A DNA stretch of 63,994 nt, filler included, from an uncultured bacterium (GTDB lineage: Bacteria; CAYJOG01): NCBI GenBank assembly GCA_964371695.1. It is 8 parts of 8 records of this genome, joined end to end, with 100 filler letters (N's around TTAATTAATTAA, not from the genome) between each part and the next. Parts side by side here need not be neighbours in the genome. Positions count along the whole stretch, not along the records: positions 58,443 to 63,994 come from CAYJOG010000214.1; 7 more parts are not named here. The stretch is one strand, 5' to 3'. Made by a program: the position numbers and the translations under genes. How positions within the stretch are numbered: position 1 is the stretch's first letter; every line of letters begins with the position of its first letter. Shown here piece by piece: positions 58,443-63,994 of this stretch. A model generated the notes under the pieces. It did not search any database and was not told where the DNA came from. It saw nothing but the letters and a program-made list of their open reading frames with translations.

Positions 58443-59209
58443 CCCTTCGTGTGGCCTTCAATACCGACAACGAAGCCCCCACCCTCGCGGTGGCCAACAT
58501 TTCCGCCGCCACCGGCGCGGGCGCAGCCGGGTTCTGCTCGGTCAGCGGCGTCACCGGCACAGCGGTGAACGTGGCCGCCGGTTCCTGTCTGGTGCAGGGC
58601 GATACGGTGGCCAAGGGCCGCGCTCTGGTGTTTCAGGTGAACCTCACCGACACCGCCGCCAGCGGTACCCCTGCGGGCATGACCGCCTCGGCGCTCACCG
58701 TCACCGTGCAGGGCACGGACATCGGCACACAAAACGCCACGGTGGATTGCCCGGCAGCCGCAACCGCAGCCAAAACCTGCACCGTCACCATTCCCGCGGC
58801 ACTGCTCAACACCGCCGGGGCAAAGCGCACCCTGCGCCTGTCGGCGCGCGACGCGGCGGGCAACGCCAGCGGCGTCACATTGCTTGAAGTGACCGTGGCG
58901 GGCGGCGCCACCATCACCAACGTGGTGAACGGCCCCAACCCCTTCAGCCCGCTCACCACTGCCACCAAGGTCACCTTCCAGCTTGGGGAACCGGCCACGG
59001 GCATCCTTGAGATATACAGCCTTGCGGGCAATGTGGTGCGCACCATTCCCATCACCGCGCCCAACGCCGGTTATCACGAAGTGGTGTGGGATGGCCGCGA
59101 TGGCAGCCGCCACGTGGTGGCGAACGGCATCTATCCCTACCGCGTCATTCTGCGGGCCACCGGCGGCAGCCGCGTGGTGGGCAAGGGCAAAATCGCCGTC
59201 ATCAAATAA
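58443..59209 (+). CDS. Secreted protein fragment with Ig-like domain and C-terminal FlgD-Ig/T9SS-like sorting domain
   Basis: ARDAAGNAS; NGPNPFSP...IYSLAGNVVRT...WDGRD...VANGIYPY...KIAVIK. Confidence 0.82.
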
Positions 59210-59249
59210 GAAAGCGCATTGCTGAAAGAAAAGAGAGGTAACCCACGAC

Positions 59250-60227
59250 ATGAAACGACTGATTCTTTCCTCCCTCATGGGCGCGCTGGCGGTGGCTGGC
59301 GGTGCTCAGGCAGCCGATGCGCCGGATTTTTTCCTCAAGGGCACCACCGCACGGGTAGAGGCCATGGGCCGGGCCTTCGTGGCCGTGGCCGACGACGCCA
59401 CGGCGGTGCAGTTCAACCCGGCGGGGCTGGCGGGCCAGCGGTTTTTGAACCTCAACACCACCTACAGCACGCTCAACGACTTTGACATCAACACCAACAC
59501 GCTCAACTACGCCCAGCCCGTGGGGCGCGGCAACGGCTGGGGTGCGCAGCTCTACCGCAACACCATCGGCAACATTCTGGGCAGCACGCTGGACCCGGTC
59601 ACCTTCCGCCCCGTCGTCACCGGCACCACCGACGAAGACGAGTTTGGTCTGCACATCGGTTATGGCTGGCGCACGGGCGACAAACTGCGCATCGGCGCGG
59701 CGCTCAAATATCTGAACTACGACTTTTTCACCGCCAAAGAGAGCGGCTGGGCCTTTGACCTGGGCGCGCTGGTGGACTTCAACGACAACTGGAAGGGCGG
59801 CCTGAACATCCAGAACATCGGTGGCCTCAATCTGGGGCCGGACCAAGTGCCCACCAACCTCAAGATCGGCACGGCCTATGTGTCCGACAACCAGCGGTTC
59901 ACCGCCGCTTTTGATGTAGACACCAAAGTGGCCGACGAAACCCAGGTGCATGTGGGCATCGAATTCAAACCCATTCCCGAACTGGCGGCCCGCCTCGGCA
60001 GCAACGATGGCGACTTCACCGCCGGTCTGGGTCTGGACCTGGGCAACTGGGCGCTGGATTATTCTTTCAACGATCAAGACTTGGGTGATCTGCAAAAAAT
60101 CACCCTGGTCTATCGCCCCAAGGCCCGCAAAGAAGAGCCCAAAAAAGCGGCAGGCAAAACACCTGCCAAAAAAGCCCCTGCTAAAAAGGCCCCGGCCAAG
60201 GCCAAGGGCGGCAAAAAGGGCAAATAA
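59250..60227 (+). CDS. PorV/PorQ-like outer-membrane beta-barrel with Lys/Ala-rich tail
   Basis: Signal peptide; ARVEAMGRAFVAVADDATAVQFNPAGLA; alternating beta strands. Confidence 0.82.
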   Translation: MKRLILSSLMGALAVAGGAQAADAPDFFLKGTTARVEAMGRAFVAVADDATAVQFNPAGLAGQRFLNLNTTYSTLNDFDINTNTLNYAQPVGRGNGWGAQLYRNTIGNILGSTLDPVTFRPVVTGTTDEDEFGLHIGYGWRTGDKLRIGAALKYLNYDFFTAKESGWAFDLGALVDFNDNWKGGLNIQNIGGLNLGPDQVPTNLKIGTAYVSDNQRFTAAFDVDTKVADETQVHVGIEFKPIPELAARLGSNDGDFTAGLGLDLGNWALDYSFNDQDLGDLQKITLVYRPKARKEEPKKAAGKTPAKKAPAKKAPAKAKGGKKGK

Positions 60228-60290
60228 GCGGCCACTGAGTGTGGTGGTTGTTGGCCGGGTGGGTCTATCTCGTGAGCCATCCAGTGGGCA

Positions 60291-60397
60291 AGTGGTTCAT
60301 CTGATTTGAAATGAGTAGCAGCGATGGGGACATCGCTGCTTTATTGGTGCGGTGAGGACACCGCACCTACTCCTCATCTTGAGTCAGATGAACCACT
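60291..60397. repeat. Composite inverted-repeat element containing two GTAG-type REPs
   Basis: AGTGGTTCATCTGA / TCAGATGAACCACT flanking two short palindromes. Confidence 0.7.
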
Positions 60398-60655
60398 GGT
60401 CTGGTCTGAACTGAAGGGCGGCGTTCCTCTGGTCTTTTCGCCGTCATTCCCCAGGAAGTGGTACAGCAGTAGCCATGGGCGTCTCGCCTGTGGCCACTCG
60501 CGCCACCGGACCTGGTTTTTGCTTTTTGTCCTTACTGGACTGCCGCTTTCGCGGGAATGACGGCGGGGAACAATGGGGTCTTTTTCTTTTACCAACTTCC
60601 AGCTTCCACCTCCCCAGAGGGGAGCGGGAGCTGTCGGGGCCTTCTTCTTTTTGCC

Positions 60656-61588
60656 TCACAACCCCTTGGGTTTTTTGCGGGTGGGCCGGGCGGGAACGGG
60701 TTTGGTTTTGGGGGTGGGTTTGGCCGCCGGTTTGGTTTTGGCGGCGGATTTTTTTGCAGGGGCGATTTTGGATTTGGCCGCTGCGCTTGTCGGCGGTTTT
60801 TTCTTTTTCGCCGGTGTGGCGGTCTGTTCTTTGAGCAGGCGGCTGTGGACAAACCGCCGGGCCAGATCGCTGATCAGCACCTCGTTCAGGTCCACCCGCA
60901 CCGTGATGCCCGCGTGGCTGTGCTGGGCGCGCACGTGTTCAAACACGTCGGGCCAGCGCAGGGCATAACCCAGAAAATCCATGCGCCGCTCCAGTGATTC
61001 GCCCAGGGGGGCCACGCTGCCCAGAAAAAACTCCCGCTGATCGCCCTCGGTGGGCTGGTGTTCGATGTGTTTGGAGAGCCACCGCAGGCCCGCTTCTTCC
61101 AGCGCTTCAGTGCCCAGATAGTTTTTGAGCAGAGGCAGTTTTCCAAGAATGGTGAGGGAAAGGTCGCCGACTCTCAGCACCCCCAGCTCGTCAAAACGCA
61201 ATGCGGCAAACAGGCTGCCGGGGGGTTGTTTCAGGTCCACTTTTTCCAGTCGGAAGGTGGCGTCAAAACCGGCGCACACCACGGCCTCATGCACCATCTC
61301 CCACACAAAAGGCGCGGTTTTTTCCAGCGTCTGGCGCACCGGCCCCAGGGCCAGACGCGCCGGAAAACTCACCGTGCCCCGCACGGTCACCCCATCGCCG
61401 TGGCAGCGCACCAGGTCCAGCGCCAGGTCCAGCTCGGCCTCTTTGGCGGCCTGCACCAAGTCCTTCTGAAAAAAGTTTTCGATGACGCGGGTGGGATAGT
61501 GCAGTTCACCCAGGTGCAGACGCGAGAGATCGGCCTCGGCCAGCATCAGCCGCCGAAAGGCCGGGCCAAGAGACGTGGGGGCCTGCAT
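60656..61588 (-). CDS. Hypothetical protein with histone-H1-like basic C-terminus
   Basis: TACAAT 6 nt before ATG; tail PAKKSAAKTKPAAKP. Confidence 0.65.
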   Translation of the reverse strand: MQAPTSLGPAFRRLMLAEADLSRLHLGELHYPTRVIENFFQKDLVQAAKEAELDLALDLVRCHGDGVTVRGTVSFPARLALGPVRQTLEKTAPFVWEMVHEAVVCAGFDATFRLEKVDLKQPPGSLFAALRFDELGVLRVGDLSLTILGKLPLLKNYLGTEALEEAGLRWLSKHIEHQPTEGDQREFFLGSVAPLGESLERRMDFLGYALRWPDVFEHVRAQHSHAGITVRVDLNEVLISDLARRFVHSRLLKEQTATPAKKKKPPTSAAAKSKIAPAKKSAAKTKPAAKPTPKTKPVPARPTRKKPKGL

Positions 61589-61662
61589 GGTGTGATTGTA
61601 ATGCAGGCTTTTGGCTTCCACCCCCCAACTTCCATCCGCCCAGGCTCTGATAGGATCTGGCC

Positions 61663-63720
61663 ATGTCCCGTTTCGGTTTGTTTTTTCGCCTTGGGTGGCT
61701 GGTGTGTTGGTGGGGTTTGGGTGTGCAGATGGCCCATGCTGACCTGCACCGTTTTGACGGGCCGCAACCCGGTGTGCAGGACCAATGGGTGAACCAGTCG
61801 CCGGACCCCTTCTCCTACACCCCGTTCGCCCCTTCGTTAAAGGCGCGCAAAAGGGCCTATCTTGAGTTCAGCGCCGGGCGCGAGAAGGGACTGATGGGGG
61901 CGCTGGCGCGTCTGAAGCTGGGTCAGCCGCCCATGGTGGACGACGCCGACCTCAAACGCCGCGTGGCCCATGTGAACACCCGCGTGGACACGGTGGATTT
62001 TGAAATGACCCGCCTGATGCTGGCGCTTTACATGGACAAAACCCACGCCCGCCGCCTGTTCACCCCCGCCCAGCGCGCCCTGGTAGAAAAAACCGTGCTG
62101 GATTTCAAATACTGGATCACCGAACCCGGCCCGGACACGATGATCACCTGGACAGAGAATCACATGATTCTCTTTCACAGTCTGGAATATCTCGCGGGGC
62201 AATATTTCCCCAATGCCACGTTCACCAACAACAGCAAGACAGGCCGCTGGCGCATGGCCCACGCCCGGCCTTACATCCTGCGGTGGATCAACCTGCGGGC
62301 GCGTTACGGTTTCAGCGAGTGGGACAGCAACGTGTATTACAACGAAGACATGCCCGCCCTGATGAACCTTGTCCTGTTCGCAGAAGACCCGAAAATCAAG
62401 ACCCTCGCCACCATGGCCGTGGACCTGATGTTTCTGGACATCACGCTGGATCATTTTCATGGCGTCTACGCCACCAGCCACGGCCGCACCTATGCCGAGC
62501 ACAACAAATGGCCCCTGCGCCACAGCATGGCCACGGTCTACAAAATCCTTTACGGCACCGGCCAGTTCATGAACAACGACCACTTCACCGGCACACCCCT
62601 CAGCCTGAGTGATTACGAACTGCCCCCCGCCATCGAGGCCATCGGTCAGGACAGCGCCGCCACTTTCTGGGGCCGCGAGGGCCAGGGCATTTCGCTGGAA
62701 GACGCCCTGGGGCCGCTGAAGTTCAACCCCGAAAACATTGATGATCTGGTGCATCTGTGGGCCTTTGGGGCCTACACGCAACCGGACACCATCCTGGCCA
62801 CACTCAACGCCGCCGACCGCTGGAATCTGTGGAAACATCCGTTTTTTGAAGACGCTGCCAAGGCCGCCCGCGACGTGCCTCGCGACAACCGCGTGAAGGG
62901 CATGTTGCGCACGGTGCTCATCGAAACCATGCGCACCCTGCTGGGCAGCGTGAACAAGGTGACTTTCCGCACCGCCGATTATCAGCTTTCCAGCGCACAG
63001 GATTATCGCAAGGGCGAGGCGGCCAACCAGCACTTTGTGTGGCAGGCGGCGCTCAAGCCCCACACCGTGGTGATGGTGAACAACCCCGGTGACCTGAGCG
63101 ACACAAAACGCGCCCCGGCTTATTGGATCAACGACAACCGCCTGCCCCGCACGGCCCAGTGGCGCAATGTGCTGGTGAGCCTTTACAACATTGGCAAAAA
63201 AGAACTGGCGGGCGAGCGGGGGCTTTATCTGTTCACCCACGCGTGGTTCCCGAAAAAGGATTTTGACGAAGTGCGCGACACCGGCCAGTGGACCTTTGGC
63301 CGCAAGGGCGACGCCTACATCGGCCTATACGCCAGCCAGCCCAAAACCTGGCTCACCGAAGGCCGCGAGAAAGACCGCGAGATTGTGGCCGAAGGCGACC
63401 GGGTGGTGTGGATAGCCCACTTGGGGCGCAAGGCCGAAGACGGGACGTTTGAGGAGTTCATGGCCAGGGTGAGCGCCGCCAGCGTGGTGGTGGGCGAGGC
63501 CCACGACACCGTGGCCTATGACGCGCCGGGTGTGGGCCGCCTCACGTTGGGCTGGAAGGAACCCTTCACGGTGGACGGTCAGGCCGTGCCCCTGTCGGGG
63601 TTCCCGCATTTCGACAATCCTTATGTGCTCAAGGCCAGGGGCGAGGCCAGTCTGCGACTCGAAAAAAACGGCCACGTGCTGGAGCTGGATTTTGAAAAGG
63701 CCCTGCGGGTGAAAAACTGA
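61663..63720 (+). CDS. Secreted hypothetical protein (heparinase II/III-like architecture possible)
   Basis: Signal peptide ending AHA; WTENH, GFSEWDSNVY, HGRTY; TAGGAT 6 nt before ATG. Confidence 0.7.
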   Translation: MSRFGLFFRLGWLVCWWGLGVQMAHADLHRFDGPQPGVQDQWVNQSPDPFSYTPFAPSLKARKRAYLEFSAGREKGLMGALARLKLGQPPMVDDADLKRRVAHVNTRVDTVDFEMTRLMLALYMDKTHARRLFTPAQRALVEKTVLDFKYWITEPGPDTMITWTENHMILFHSLEYLAGQYFPNATFTNNSKTGRWRMAHARPYILRWINLRARYGFSEWDSNVYYNEDMPALMNLVLFAEDPKIKTLATMAVDLMFLDITLDHFHGVYATSHGRTYAEHNKWPLRHSMATVYKILYGTGQFMNNDHFTGTPLSLSDYELPPAIEAIGQDSAATFWGREGQGISLEDALGPLKFNPENIDDLVHLWAFGAYTQPDTILATLNAADRWNLWKHPFFEDAAKAARDVPRDNRVKGMLRTVLIETMRTLLGSVNKVTFRTADYQLSSAQDYRKGEAANQHFVWQAALKPHTVVMVNNPGDLSDTKRAPAYWINDNRLPRTAQWRNVLVSLYNIGKKELAGERGLYLFTHAWFPKKDFDEVRDTGQWTFGRKGDAYIGLYASQPKTWLTEGREKDREIVAEGDRVVWIAHLGRKAEDGTFEEFMARVSAASVVVGEAHDTVAYDAPGVGRLTLGWKEPFTVDGQAVPLSGFPHFDNPYVLKARGEASLRLEKNGHVLELDFEKALRVKN

Positions 63721-63800
63721 CAAGGCCCATGAGGCGGATGCCCGCGTCAAGTTGCCCGCTCCCTCAGGGAGAGGGCAAAAAAACAGGCGCTTTCTGCGGG

Positions 63801-63994
63801 CGCGGCTTCGGTTCAAATCCTGTTTTTTTTGCCTGGTCGGGGTGACAGGATTTGGCCTTCTTGGCCTCGCCATCCTGGCTCGGCCAGCCGGGCCAGCCTG
63901 CGCCGCTTTCGGCCCATCCTGGGCCTCACCGCTTTGCGGACGCGGCTTCGGTTCAAATCCTGTTTTTTTTGCCTGGTCGGGGTGACAGGATTTG
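63801..63994 (-). repeat. tRNA-Pro 3'-end-linked direct repeat (54-bp identical copies, period 140)
   Basis: 63801-63854 = 63941-63994; minus strand CAAATCCTGTCACCCCGACCA at 63834-63854 and 63974-63994. Confidence 0.85.
63974..63994 (-). tRNA. Possible 3' end of a tRNA-Pro gene continuing beyond the window (or a further repeat unit)
   Basis: T-loop remainder + CCTGT + acceptor strand CACCCCG-A-CCA typical of tRNA-Pro. Confidence 0.5.

Noticed and set aside
63801-63994. CRISPR array
   Set aside because: Only two copies, a 54-bp repeat and an 86-bp structured spacer, no cas genes; better explained as a tRNA 3'-end repeat

Overview
GC-rich bacterial draft genome, probably metagenome-assembled. 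The window is eight pieces, six of them complete scaffolds of about 8.1-8.3 kb in descending length, joined by artificial N-TTAATTAATTAA-N linkers, so gene order across linkers is not biological. Coding content: an assimilatory nitrite reductase and nitrate transporter (nirB-nirD-narK); housekeeping genes (ribH, rsmI, PBP1A, mlaE, grxC, der, dprA, tag, clpS, tRNA-Arg(CCG)); two scaffolds of one Firmicutes/Spirochaete-style flagellar operon (flgC-fliEFGHIJ-orf-motE/ylxF-fliK and flgD-TIGR02530-like-flgE-flbD-fliLMY-cheY-fliOPQ); FapA; an AT-rich HEPN plus BolA-like gene pair; a probably inactive nicotinamidase homologue; and a PorV-like barrel next to a FlgD-Ig-tailed secreted protein. The most striking signal is non-coding. 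(A) A five-copy dispersed structured element of about 175-285 nt, with compensatory base changes and two terminal ANGGAU-loop hairpins. (B) A five-hairpin MITE-like family, two full copies and one partial, also with GGA loops. (C) A 140-bp tRNA-Pro 3'-end-linked repeat, again with CAGGAUG hairpins. These three unrelated families converge on CsrA/RsmA-type binding hairpins. Several REP-like families are also present, and many genes appear leaderless (TANNNT plus 6-9 nt plus start codon). All protein calls come from motif recognition only; no database searches were run.
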